From a virus, in IMG/VR virus record IMGVR_UViG_3300045988_126112, positions 1 through 64,000 of that record: DNA of 64,000 bases; one strand, given 5' to 3'. Made by a program: the position numbers and the translations under genes. The first letter of the stretch is position 1. Every line of letters begins with the position of its first letter. Shown piece after piece: positions 51,760 to 61,281 of the stretch. The notes under the pieces were generated by a model. That model saw only the letters and a program-made list of their open reading frames with translations, had not been told where the DNA came from and ran no database searches.

Positions 51760-54468
51760 ATGAAAATAAATTATATACGTTTAGTAGGCTATATAGGTAT
51801 ATATAATGGAATGGGATTAGAAGATATTGCTATAGATTTCTCTAAAAGTAAATATAAGAAAGTAGTAATTAAAGGAGCTAATGGTAGTGGTAAGAGTACA
51901 TTAACAAAAGCTTTACATGTAATGCCAGATAGTAATTCATCTTTAATTCCTACAATGGAATGTAGAAAAGAGATTACATTAACTAATAATGATATAATGT
52001 ATAATATACAAATTATACATCCAATCACATCTAAAGGAGAACGTGGTCAAACTAAAGCTTATATACAAAAGATATCAGGAGGAGAAAGTATTGAGCTTAA
52101 TCCAAATGGTAATATAAGAAGTTATAAAGATGCTGTATTTACAGAATTGAATTTAGATCCTAATTTTATAGCATTAAGTCAACTTTCAGGAGAGAATAAA
52201 GGATTAGCATCTTTAAAACCTGCTGATAGAAAGAGATTTGTTAATTCTATTATAGGCAATATAAGTGCTTATAATGATTTAAATAAATCATTTACAAAGA
52301 AAGCTAATGAATTTAGAGCTATGAGAAACAGTATATTATCTAAAATAGATAATCTAGGAGATATAGATAAACTTAATATAGCTTTAAATAGTATAAATAT
52401 TAAGTGGAATATGCTCACTAAGGAAAAAGAAGATATATTACAAGCTATATCTTCTGAAAAAACTAAAATAAATATGCTTGATGAAGATAATAAAATTCAA
52501 GATAAGTTTAATATAGTTTCAAATAATGTAAATATTGCTAAACGTAACTTACAAGATTTGAATAAAAAATTGGCTAAGGAATCTAGTAAGTTTAATTGTG
52601 ATATAAGCAAAGAATCATTAACAGAGTTTCATACTCATTTATCTAATCAAGAATTAGAATTGCTATCAGATATAAATATAAATGAGCAAAAAGTAAATTC
52701 TTTATTGAATGATAGAGAAGAAGATGCTAAACGTTTACAAGAATTATCTGGTAAGCTTAAAGGATTAGAAAGCAATAGTAATAATAAAGATAAACTTAAA
52801 TCTTTAATTGAACAAACTAAATTAGATGTGAATAGTTATTCTAAGACTATATCTAATATGAAAATAAAAGATATCAATAATATATCAAAAGAAGAATTTA
52901 TATTAGCTTTAGATTCTTTACATGATATAGAAGAAATGGTTAGTAATCTTAAAGCATCTTATAATTATGATTTATTCAATTCTGCTTTATATTATATAGA
53001 AAATGGATTACAAGTTAAAACAGAATGGGATTCAGAGATATTAGAATCAAGTAAATTACTTGAATGTAAAAAGAAAGAATATATTGATTTATCTAATCTA
53101 AAAAGTAAAGCATCTATATTAGATAGTAGACCTAGTAAATGTAAAATAGATAGTTGCCCATTAATAAAAGAAGCTTTAGATATTCAATCTAAGTATAGTA
53201 ATTTAGACAATGATATTATTGAATTAAGCAATACAATTACATCATTAGAAATTCAAGTAGCTGAATTACGTAAGTCTAAAGAAACTTCATATGAAACTAA
53301 TAGATGTAAATCTGATATAGAAATGCTTATAAGATGTATAGATAGGAATGCAACTATAATAAGAAAACTTATAGTTGATGAAAAGTTTCTTGATACTGCT
53401 AGAATATTAGATATATTGAATGATAATAATATATTTAACGAATTACAAACTATATATTCGTATATAGATGCAGCTAATGTTATAGATTATTATAAGACAT
53501 CAGTAGAAAAACTTAAAGATTATACTAATGAATATAATATACTTGAACAAAAAGAATTTATAACTGATGGTATAGTTGAACAAATCAAATATACACAAAG
53601 TAAATTTGATGAGATTAATAAGACTATTAAAGAATGTAATAAGATTATTGTAGATAATAAGAATACTATTTCAACTAATAAATCTGTAATAATAGATGTA
53701 GAGTATATATTAAGTTTATATGAAGAAATAGAAAAGAATGAGAAACTTAAAGAAGATATGCTTAATGAGTTTGAAACTATAAAAAATTCAATGAAATCTA
53801 TTAAGCAATCAGTAGATAATATTGATATGCTTACTAATAGATTGAATCAAGTAAATAAAGAACTAGTACCATTAAACAATGAAAAAGATAGAGTACAACA
53901 TGCTATAAAATTATTAATAGAGTATCAAGAGGATTTAAAAGTTTATAATGAAAAGTATGAACTTATAGAAACTCTTAAGAAATATTCATCACCAACTACA
54001 GGTATACAAACTATATTCATAAATTTATATATGAATAAGTCATTATCATTAGCGAATAAGTTACTTCAACTTATGTTTGATGGTAAGTATGTATTATGTC
54101 AATTTATTATAAATGACCATGAATTTAGAATACCATGTATGGGTAGTGGATTATTGAATGATGATATATCATCTATGAGTACATCTGAAACTTGTATGAT
54201 TAGTATGATACTATCATTTGCAATTCTTCAACAAGCATCTACAGATTATAATATACTTATATTAGATGAAATAGATGGTGGGTTAGATACTCATAATAGA
54301 TTAACATTTTTAAATGTACTTGAAGAACTTATCAATATGCTTAACGTTGAGCAATGTTTCATTATATCTCATAATGATGAAATAAATCTTAAAGATTGTG
54401 ACATCATTATGTTAAAGAGTAATGGACAATATAGTAATATTGATGGAAATGTAATTTTTAAGTATTAA
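51760..54468 (+). CDS. sbcC: Rad50/SbcC-type SMC-like ATPase (T4 gp46-like)
   Basis: Walker A GANGSGKST at the N-terminus and a ~550-aa coiled-coil middle. The C-terminus has the signature-like SSMSTSE, Walker B ILILDEIDGGLD and H-loop FIISHN. Confidence 0.8.
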   Translation: MKINYIRLVGYIGIYNGMGLEDIAIDFSKSKYKKVVIKGANGSGKSTLTKALHVMPDSNSSLIPTMECRKEITLTNNDIMYNIQIIHPITSKGERGQTKAYIQKISGGESIELNPNGNIRSYKDAVFTELNLDPNFIALSQLSGENKGLASLKPADRKRFVNSIIGNISAYNDLNKSFTKKANEFRAMRNSILSKIDNLGDIDKLNIALNSINIKWNMLTKEKEDILQAISSEKTKINMLDEDNKIQDKFNIVSNNVNIAKRNLQDLNKKLAKESSKFNCDISKESLTEFHTHLSNQELELLSDININEQKVNSLLNDREEDAKRLQELSGKLKGLESNSNNKDKLKSLIEQTKLDVNSYSKTISNMKIKDINNISKEEFILALDSLHDIEEMVSNLKASYNYDLFNSALYYIENGLQVKTEWDSEILESSKLLECKKKEYIDLSNLKSKASILDSRPSKCKIDSCPLIKEALDIQSKYSNLDNDIIELSNTITSLEIQVAELRKSKETSYETNRCKSDIEMLIRCIDRNATIIRKLIVDEKFLDTARILDILNDNNIFNELQTIYSYIDAANVIDYYKTSVEKLKDYTNEYNILEQKEFITDGIVEQIKYTQSKFDEINKTIKECNKIIVDNKNTISTNKSVIIDVEYILSLYEEIEKNEKLKEDMLNEFETIKNSMKSIKQSVDNIDMLTNRLNQVNKELVPLNNEKDRVQHAIKLLIEYQEDLKVYNEKYELIETLKKYSSPTTGIQTIFINLYMNKSLSLANKLLQLMFDGKYVLCQFIINDHEFRIPCMGSGLLNDDISSMSTSETCMISMILSFAILQQASTDYNILILDEIDGGLDTHNRLTFLNVLEELINMLNVEQCFIISHNDEINLKDCDIIMLKSNGQYSNIDGNVIFKY

Positions 54469-54549
54469 CCTTAAAGTAATAAAAATTCCATAATATTATA
54501 ACTCTTAGTTTAATGGTATGATATGTGAATAATTATTTACATAGATTAA

Positions 54550-54587
54550 ACCCCTAGCTATAATTAGCTAGGGGTCTTTTATTTTTT
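54550..54587 (+). terminator. rho-independent terminator (possibly shared by convergent genes)
   Basis: Stem acccctagcta/tagctaggggt with loop taat, followed by cttttatttttt. Confidence 0.8.
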
Positions 54588-55527
54588 AGTATAAATTTAA
54601 ATTACTATTATCTCCTACTATTATTAAAGGATAACTTGTATCTAAGTTAACATTTCTTGCAACATTTTCATTAGGATAAGGTATTGTATCTTCTAAGAAC
54701 ATTGGATCTGGTCTTGGAACATTTGGTATACTTTCTCCTGTAGACATATCCATTACATCAAAATGTCTTTCTCCTGTAACAGCATTTAAAACTAATACTG
54801 TTTTTATATTAGGATTACTTTCCATTCTCATAAAATTTTGCTCTGGAGTTAACATACCATTATCTATAGGTGATTGCCCACCTGCAGAAACTAATAAATT
54901 GGCTCCACCATTTTGGAAAGCCATTTGATTTGAACCTATACCACTTTTGAAAGTATTCATTGGAGCTTGTATAAATGCATTATACATATCCATTAAATAC
55001 TTATCATCATTATCAGCTGTAGCTTGTTGAGCTGATATTTCTTTCATACGTTTTAATTCAAGATTATGAGAATCTGTTATAGTTTTATTAAGTTCTCTTA
55101 TAGCTGTAATCTTTGTATTTATAAGATTACTTCCTATTCCTGTAAGGTCTGTAATATAATTATATTTATTTTTTAATGTTTTTGATGATCTTACATTTTC
55201 AATATCTTTCATCACTTGATTATTATACATATCAACTTGCATAATAGCTGTATGAAGCATATTATTAGTTTGATCGTAAGTGTTTAAATATGGGTCATTT
55301 GTTTGAGTCATTGATAAATTAGTTTGAGTATTTGCATCAAGTACTTCTACATTTTGTTTTTGTTGTTTTTCTTGTTCAGACTTTTTAGGTCTACCTCTTT
55401 TTCTTTTAGGTTTTTCTATTTCTCCTTCTTCTGCACTACCTATTTTAGCAGCTTTTCCTTTACCTTTAGTAAGGAAATCTAAATTTATAAGCTCACTAGC
55501 TTTAGTTGTTTTTTCACTCATTTTCAT
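54586..55527 (-). CDS. hypothetical protein with N-terminal AT-hook-like basic motif
   Basis: 313-aa ORF with SD aaggagga. It has KPKRKRGRPKKSEQ near the N-terminus, and the remainder is N/Q/T-rich. No family recognised. Confidence 0.75.
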   Translation of the reverse strand: MKMSEKTTKASELINLDFLTKGKGKAAKIGSAEEGEIEKPKRKRGRPKKSEQEKQQKQNVEVLDANTQTNLSMTQTNDPYLNTYDQTNNMLHTAIMQVDMYNNQVMKDIENVRSSKTLKNKYNYITDLTGIGSNLINTKITAIRELNKTITDSHNLELKRMKEISAQQATADNDDKYLMDMYNAFIQAPMNTFKSGIGSNQMAFQNGGANLLVSAGGQSPIDNGMLTPEQNFMRMESNPNIKTVLVLNAVTGERHFDVMDMSTGESIPNVPRPDPMFLEDTIPYPNENVARNVNLDTSYPLIIVGDNSNLNLY

Positions 55528-55582
55528 TCCTCCTTAAATAATCATTTAATGTTATGTTTCAATGATTAATTATGATATAATC

Positions 55583-55592
55583 ATATATTATA
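55583..55592 (+). promoter_or_regulatory. ATATATTATA promoter-like motif
   Basis: Exact 10-mer 77 nt upstream of ATG 55660. Confidence 0.45.
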
Positions 55593-55659
55593 TTCTGGTA
55601 TACTTTTAAGATTATAAAAACAATATATTAATCAAAAAATTTGAAGGAGGTCCTGTGTG

Positions 55660-57609
55660 ATGCTTAAAAAGTATATTGAAGGTTCAAATGTTAGTCTTTT
55701 AAATACAATGTATTTATATCCAAAAAGACAAGAAAATGGTAAATATGACCATGGGTCAATGACATTAGTTTATAAAGATTTAAACACAAATGAAAAACAT
55801 GTAGAATGTATTGATGACCCAGAAATAGAATATTATGTTTTAAATGAAGGTGAAAGAGTTCCACCTAAAGCATTATTTGTAGAGAAAGATAAAGTAACAA
55901 TGAAAACAAGTAAATTTAGAAATCTTGAAAGAGATTTAGCTAAACTTACTGGAAAGGAAGACTTTTATAAAGAAAATATCTATAATGGTAATAGATATAT
56001 GAATAGACATATTCATAGTGATAGTATAAACATATTCAATAGCGATATGAATATCAACGATTTTTATAGATACAAATTTGATAGACTGTATAAGAATAAA
56101 CCATTTAAACCTACTAAATCTTATTTCGATATAGAAGTTGATGGTTTACATCAAATGGGAGATTTCCCAGAACCAGGTGAATGTCCTATAAATGCTATAA
56201 CATATATAGATTCAGACCATATGTGTGTATTAACTTTATTACTTCGTAATGGTGCCGAACCAAATCCATTAATAGAAGAATTTGAAGATTCTGTAAATGA
56301 TGAATTATATACAAAATTAAAATCATTTATAAGAGAAAGAGTTGGTGGAGAAAAGAATGAAAGAAAATTTGGATTAGATAAAATGCAATATAAGATATTA
56401 TTTTATGACAAAGAAATACAATTAATATATGATTTCTTTAATATAGTAAATAAGTTTAAACCAGATTTCTTATTGGCATGGAATATGCGTTTCGACGTTC
56501 CATACATCATTCAAAGAATACTAAACTTAGGATATGACCCAGCTATAATAGCTTCACATCCAGATTTTGAACATAAACATTTTTCATATTATATTGATAA
56601 TAGAGCTGAAGAAGTTCCTGAAAGATGTGATGCTTGTAAAATATCTTCTTATAGTGTATATATAGATCAAATGATTCAATTTGCTTCAAGACGTAAAGCT
56701 AAGAAAGGAGCTTTTGCAAGTTGGAAACTTGATTATATAGGTGATGTAACTACAGGTATTAGAAAATTAGATTATTCTCATATAACTACAGATATAGCTA
56801 AATTACCATATCTTAATTATGAAGTATTTGTTTTCTATAATATAATGGATACAATTGTTCAATATTGTATTGAGCATAAAGTTAACGATGTTGATTTCTT
56901 AATCAATAAAGCTATGGTTAATAATACAAGATATGAAAAAGTTCATAGACAAACTGTATATTTAGCTAATAGAGCTACAAAGTTCTTTAATAATATGGAT
57001 TTAGTAATATCAAATAATAAGAATGTATTTAATCCTAAACCAACTGAAAAATTTCCAGGTGCTCATGTAGCTGATCCTAAGAGAGTAAATAATTATTCTA
57101 AAATGAAACTTAATGGTGTACCTATAATGATATTCCAAAACCTAGATGACTTTGATTATAAATCAATGTACCCTAGTGATATATCAGAATTTAATATAGC
57201 AACTAATACTCAAATAGGAAGAATACTTATAAAAGATAAAATATATGAAAATGAAAATCCATATAAATCTGAATATTATTGTAGAGAGGGAGCTTTCATT
57301 GAAGACTTCCATAGTCACAATTATATTGAATTCTCTCGTAGATGGTTTAACCTTGCTGGATATATAGATTTATGTAAAGATATTGAATATTACTTTAACT
57401 TTATAAGAAGACCTCAAGTTCTTCCTAGCATGACTTATGATGGACAAAAAGTAGTTATAAACTATTTAGGAAGAAAAGATGATAATCTTAAAGATGTAAT
57501 TACTTTCCATAAAACTAAAGAAGTTATACATTCCAATGAAGTTCAACCAGATATGACAGATATTATAAACAGTATCAATGTAAATCAAATAGTATATAAA
57601 GAAAACTAA
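55660..57609 (+). CDS. family-B DNA polymerase, N-terminal part only (3'-5' exonuclease domain plus polymerase motif A)
   Basis: ExoI YFDIEVD, ExoII WNMRFDVPYI, ExoIII YNIMDT, and motif A LDDFDYKSMYPS. No K...NS.YG (motif B) or YGDTDS (motif C) occurs before the stop, and a strong terminator follows. Confidence 0.8.
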   Translation: MLKKYIEGSNVSLLNTMYLYPKRQENGKYDHGSMTLVYKDLNTNEKHVECIDDPEIEYYVLNEGERVPPKALFVEKDKVTMKTSKFRNLERDLAKLTGKEDFYKENIYNGNRYMNRHIHSDSINIFNSDMNINDFYRYKFDRLYKNKPFKPTKSYFDIEVDGLHQMGDFPEPGECPINAITYIDSDHMCVLTLLLRNGAEPNPLIEEFEDSVNDELYTKLKSFIRERVGGEKNERKFGLDKMQYKILFYDKEIQLIYDFFNIVNKFKPDFLLAWNMRFDVPYIIQRILNLGYDPAIIASHPDFEHKHFSYYIDNRAEEVPERCDACKISSYSVYIDQMIQFASRRKAKKGAFASWKLDYIGDVTTGIRKLDYSHITTDIAKLPYLNYEVFVFYNIMDTIVQYCIEHKVNDVDFLINKAMVNNTRYEKVHRQTVYLANRATKFFNNMDLVISNNKNVFNPKPTEKFPGAHVADPKRVNNYSKMKLNGVPIMIFQNLDDFDYKSMYPSDISEFNIATNTQIGRILIKDKIYENENPYKSEYYCREGAFIEDFHSHNYIEFSRRWFNLAGYIDLCKDIEYYFNFIRRPQVLPSMTYDGQKVVINYLGRKDDNLKDVITFHKTKEVIHSNEVQPDMTDIINSINVNQIVYKEN

Positions 57610-57615
57610 TAAAGG

Positions 57616-57650
57616 AGCTATAGAGAGAAATCTCTATAGCTTTCTTTTTT
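57616..57650 (+). terminator. rho-independent terminator
   Basis: Stem agctatagaga/tctctatagct with loop gaaa, followed by ttctttttt. Confidence 0.85.
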
Positions 57651-57672
57651 GTAAAAGTTGATTCTTTCACTT

Positions 57673-57682
57673 ATATATTATA
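57673..57682 (+). promoter_or_regulatory. ATATATTATA promoter-like motif
   Basis: Exact 10-mer 122 nt upstream of ATG 57795. Confidence 0.4.
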
Positions 57683-57757
57683 ACTATGACATAGATATAT
57701 AATATAAAAAAATATATTGGTAAGTATGTCGTGTAGGCATACAAATTATGTCAAGTT

Positions 57758-57769
57758 TTCTATGTTACT
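57758..57769 (+). promoter_or_regulatory. TTCTATGTTACT 12-mer (copy 2 of 3)
   Basis: Exact 12-mer followed by TGATATAATAATAAGGAG, which is an extended -10-like TGnTATAAT just before the SD. Confidence 0.4.
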
Positions 57770-57794
57770 TGATATAATAATAAGGAGAAAGAAA

Positions 57795-58145
57795 ATGAGA
57801 AATAGTTTAGTAGAAAGTAATAATACAGTAACAGTTGAAGATGAAGAAATAATAATGAATGTAATTAAATCTTCAGGATTAACAAACTACGCACAAATAG
57901 TAGGAGAAGAAATAGTTAAAGGAATCAACGAACTAATGGAAGAATTAGAAGAAGGTGTAGTTGGTGACAAAGACTTCAAAGTTAAATACATCGAAACTTC
58001 AATGAAAATAAAATCATCAAAAATAGGAATAAATGTATTTCATAAACTATTTGATGAAGAAGTGGATGACTTATATGAAAAAACTGACAGACTATCTAAA
58101 ATAATAGAAAACTTATTTAAAGAAGAATTATATGCTAATTTATAG
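57795..58145 (+). CDS. hypothetical acidic protein
   Basis: SD aaggaga precedes ATG 57795. The track start at 57717 lies in the promoter region. Confidence 0.75.
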   Translation: MRNSLVESNNTVTVEDEEIIMNVIKSSGLTNYAQIVGEEIVKGINELMEELEEGVVGDKDFKVKYIETSMKIKSSKIGINVFHKLFDEEVDDLYEKTDRLSKIIENLFKEELYANL

Positions 58146-58158
58146 GAGGAGTAATACA

Positions 58159-58347
58159 ATGACATATGAAGAAATGTTAATGAAAATGAAAGAAAATAGA
58201 GAAAGAATAGAAAGAGAAGCAGAAGAAAGAAGAAAACAATTATTAGAAGAAAGAGAAAAAGAATATCAAGAACTTAAGAAAAAAGTTCTTGAAGAAACTT
58301 CTCATTTGTGTGATGGATTATTAGAATCTATCACACAAAATAAATAG
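58159..58347 (+). CDS. small charged coiled-coil protein
   Basis: SD aggagga lies 8 nt before ATG 58159. The 62-aa product is E/R/K-rich. Confidence 0.7.
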   Translation: MTYEEMLMKMKENRERIEREAEERRKQLLEEREKEYQELKKKVLEETSHLCDGLLESITQNK

Positions 58348-58372
58348 AGCCATATGGCTCTATTTATTTTTT
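58342..58372 (+). terminator. rho-independent terminator
   Basis: Stem aaatagagcc/ggctctattt, followed by attttttg. It overlaps the stop codon. Confidence 0.8.
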
Positions 58373-58381
58373 GTCATAATC

Positions 58382-58391
58382 ATATATTATT
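58382..58391 (+). promoter_or_regulatory. ATATATTATt promoter-like motif (9/10 match)
   Basis: It lies 43 nt upstream of the TTG start at 58425. Confidence 0.35.
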
Positions 58392-58424
58392 TAAATATAA
58401 ACACTAGAATAGGAGGTGGTCTAA

Positions 58425-59978
58425 TTGAATAAAATAGAAGTATATAGAACGCATATAAGAATAAATGATTATACAGTAGGTTCTTGTATAGCTTTAGAAA
58501 ATTGTTTTACAATATATGACCCAATAACACATGATTTTTATTATGAAGGATTATATTATGATGAAGAGTCAAGAACTTTATTTATACCAAGAGGAGTTGA
58601 TATTCCTTTTATAGAAAAAAGAATTGGAGCTGAAGCAGTATTTATTAATGGATGTGATAAATTTGATGTATTTAATAATATTCAGCTTAAGTATTTTCCA
58701 AGAGATAATGTACAAAAACAAGCTTTACAATTTATGATAGGAGTAGATAAATATGAACGTAATCAATATCTATCTCAATTATCTGTAAACTTAAATACTG
58801 GTAAAGGAAAAACTTATTGTTCAATAGCAACTATAGCTTATATAGGAGCTAGAGCTATTATAATAGCTTATTCAACTAAATGGCTACAACAATGGAAAGA
58901 ATTTATATTAGAGTATACAGATACAAGACCAGAAGAAATCTGTATGATGATATCATCATCTAAGATATCAAGAACTATGAAAGAAAAAAATAAAGATAGA
59001 TATAAATTTATACTTACATCTCATAGTTCTATAGGCTCTTATGCTAAAAATAATGGATGGGAATCAATAGGAAAATTATTTAAAGAATTAAAGATAGGTA
59101 TTAAAATATATGATGAATCTCATCTTAATTTTAAATCAATGTATATGATTGACTATTTTACTAATACGTGGAAAACGTATTATGTAACTGCTACACCTTT
59201 ACGTAGTAATAAAGATGAAAATAAGATATATCAATTATATATGAAGAATGTTCCTGGGATAGATTTATTCAATCAAAATGAAGATCCACATACACATTAT
59301 ATAGCTATAAGATATAATAGTCAACCGCCATTAGATGTATTACAAAAATGTAAGAATCAATATGGATTAGACAGAAATAAGTATGTAAACTATATAGTTC
59401 ATAATCAAAACTTCTATAAGATGCTAAGACTTATTATGAATATGATAATAAATAAAGGTGGTAAAACTCTTATATATATTGGGACTATTCAAGCTATAGA
59501 TATAGTATATGAATGGATAATACATGAATATCCAGAGTTTGAATATAATACTTGTATACTTACATCAGAAGTTGAAGACAAAGAAATTATATTAAAGAAT
59601 CAAATTATATTATCAACTACAAAATCAGCAGGTACAGCTATGGATATACCATTTTTACAACGTACAGTTATATTAGCTGAACCATTCAAATCTGAGATAT
59701 TAGCTAGACAAACTTTAGGAAGAACTAGAGCTAATAATACTGAATATGTTGAAGTTGTAGATACAGGATTTAAAATGATAAATAAATGGTTTCTAACAAA
59801 GAAACCAATATTTAAGAAATATGCATTATCATGTAAGATAATTAATGTATCAAATAGAGATTTAGATAGTATGAGTGATAAGATTATAAATGATAGACAA
59901 GCTAAAATGCTTATTCCAAAAGAATACAAAAATGTAATAACTTTCCATGGTATAGAAGGTGGAATCACTTTCTATTAA
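58425..59978 (+). CDS. uvsW: SF2 DEAD/DExH helicase (UvsW-like)
   Basis: NLNTGKGKTY (motif I), IYDESH (II), VTATP (III), TKSAGTAMDIP (V) and QTLGRTRA (VI). The start is TTG, 6 nt after aggaggtg. Overall architecture parallels T4 UvsW (recalled from memory). Confidence 0.7.
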   Translation: MNKIEVYRTHIRINDYTVGSCIALENCFTIYDPITHDFYYEGLYYDEESRTLFIPRGVDIPFIEKRIGAEAVFINGCDKFDVFNNIQLKYFPRDNVQKQALQFMIGVDKYERNQYLSQLSVNLNTGKGKTYCSIATIAYIGARAIIIAYSTKWLQQWKEFILEYTDTRPEEICMMISSSKISRTMKEKNKDRYKFILTSHSSIGSYAKNNGWESIGKLFKELKIGIKIYDESHLNFKSMYMIDYFTNTWKTYYVTATPLRSNKDENKIYQLYMKNVPGIDLFNQNEDPHTHYIAIRYNSQPPLDVLQKCKNQYGLDRNKYVNYIVHNQNFYKMLRLIMNMIINKGGKTLIYIGTIQAIDIVYEWIIHEYPEFEYNTCILTSEVEDKEIILKNQIILSTTKSAGTAMDIPFLQRTVILAEPFKSEILARQTLGRTRANNTEYVEVVDTGFKMINKWFLTKKPIFKKYALSCKIINVSNRDLDSMSDKIINDRQAKMLIPKEYKNVITFHGIEGGITFY

Positions 59979-59992
59979 TATATAAAATGATT

Positions 59993-60002
59993 ATATATTA
60001 TA
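59993..60002 (+). promoter_or_regulatory. ATATATTATA promoter-like motif
   Basis: Exact 10-mer 78 nt upstream of ATG 60071. Confidence 0.45.
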
Positions 60003-60070
60003 TACTTGAAATAAAATAAATTAAAGGTGTGAGAGTTATAGAAATATAACTCTCAAAAGGAGGAAAAGTT

Positions 60071-61234
60071 ATGTTAAATGTAACAATGAAATCACAAGCT
60101 CAAATTATGTTAAGAAGTATGATATCACAAATATTAGAAGATAGAAAAACAATAAATACAGAAAGCGAATTAAAAGACTTATTTTCAATTTTCAAATTAG
60201 TATTAGATGGCAATAAATATTTAACTTCATCTTTAGCATTAAAAGATTTTAAAGGAAGATTACCAATATCTAAAAATGAAATTGAAAAATATATATATCG
60301 TTCATTACCATCAATTACCATAGATAATGAAGATAATTTTGAAGAAGAAATTGATAGCTCTATGAAAAGATTAATTGATTTAACTATAGCTGAAAGAAAA
60401 GCAAAAAAATATGAAGAACAAAGACAAGAAAATAAGAAAATTGAAGAATTAAAACCAGTAGAAGAGGCAAAACCAATACCACAACAATTATATTACCCAG
60501 AGCAAAATCCTTCAATTCCTTATCCAGAATTATGTCAACAACAACCACAACAAATACAACCTCAAATGTTTCAACCGCAACAAATGCAACCTCAAGGTTT
60601 TCAACAACCACAACAAATACAGCCTCAAGTTTTACCACAAACATATCCAACTCAAGAAGAAGAATTTGATGAAAATGCTGATTTCACATTACAAGATATT
60701 ATAGATGGTAGATTAGTGATTAGACCTACTGATAGTCTTGAAGTAGCTAGAAAGAAATTAGCATTAGCTGATGGCAAAACTATACGTTTTGCCAATGGAA
60801 TATTTAATAATCAATTTACAACTCCTCAACAAAATGAAGTTCAAGTTGAAGAAGTTGATAAAAATGATTCTGAATATGATAGAGTAAAGAAAATATTTAA
60901 TGTATTTAAATGTAATGTAGATAAAAATTCTTCATATGAAGATAAAGAAAAATATATTTCAGAAAGAGGAATGTTATACAATTCTGTTTATAAAGATGAC
61001 ACATCTAAATATTTAGTAGAAGACAAAAAGAATGATGTAATGTTGGGGTTACAAGCAATATGCACAATAATGGGCGAAGATATAAACAGCATAAATTGTA
61101 GTTCTAATAAACAACTATTATCAGATTTAGGAAAATTCTTAGTTGAAAATATTAATAAAGAAAATATTGATAGAGCTATAATGTGTGTAGATATTTTCGA
61201 AGAGCACGTATTAAATGCAATAAAAAATATGTAA
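60071..61234 (+). CDS. hypothetical protein with central Q/P-rich repeat tract
   Basis: SD aaaggagga. The central tract reads QQPQQIQPQMFQPQQMQPQGFQQPQQIQPQVLPQ. Confidence 0.8.
   Translation: MLNVTMKSQAQIMLRSMISQILEDRKTINTESELKDLFSIFKLVLDGNKYLTSSLALKDFKGRLPISKNEIEKYIYRSLPSITIDNEDNFEEEIDSSMKRLIDLTIAERKAKKYEEQRQENKKIEELKPVEEAKPIPQQLYYPEQNPSIPYPELCQQQPQQIQPQMFQPQQMQPQGFQQPQQIQPQVLPQTYPTQEEEFDENADFTLQDIIDGRLVIRPTDSLEVARKKLALADGKTIRFANGIFNNQFTTPQQNEVQVEEVDKNDSEYDRVKKIFNVFKCNVDKNSSYEDKEKYISERGMLYNSVYKDDTSKYLVEDKKNDVMLGLQAICTIMGEDINSINCSSNKQLLSDLGKFLVENINKENIDRAIMCVDIFEEHVLNAIKNM
60535..60640 (+). repeat. imperfect CAA/CCA-rich in-frame repeats encoding (Q)QPQQ(I/M)QPQ units
   Basis: caacaaccacaacaaatacaacctcaa recurs as caacaaccacaacaaatacagcctcaa, with a shorter copy between them. 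Confidence 0.8.
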
Positions 61235-61244
61235 AGATAATTGT

Positions 61245-61281
61245 AATAAAGGAGATAACTTAGTTATCTCCTTTATTTTTT
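61245..61281 (+). terminator. rho-independent terminator
   Basis: A 15-bp stem aataaaggagataac/gttatctcctttatt with loop tta, followed by a T-run. Confidence 0.85.

Noticed and set aside
55660-58425. Possibility that the polymerase is interrupted by an intron or intein, with the rest immediately downstream.
   Set aside because: The ORF is followed by a canonical terminator, a promoter motif and unrelated small genes. There is no endonuclease ORF, no intein blocks, and no downstream ORF with motifs B and C within the window.
4502-60650. About 27 track ORFs that lie antisense to, or out of frame within, longer well-supported genes. Examples are 4502-4696, 5886-6080, 10946-11146, 12943-13224, 13142-13636, 13643-13984, 13818-14000, 15971-16249, 17113-17418, 18212-18415, 20730-21020, 24118-24333, 25815-26024, 26290-26511, 27245-27517, 36776-36958, 37112-37354, 40468-40668, 44454-44651, 47153-47479, 48846-49049, 49570-49800, 51789-52028, 59600-59968, 60100-60321 and 60384-60650.
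   Set aside because: They have no SD sequences. Their translations are low-complexity, F/L/I/S-rich shadow products typical of the reverse strand of AT-rich coding DNA. They are fully embedded in ORFs with clear homology or strong translation signals.
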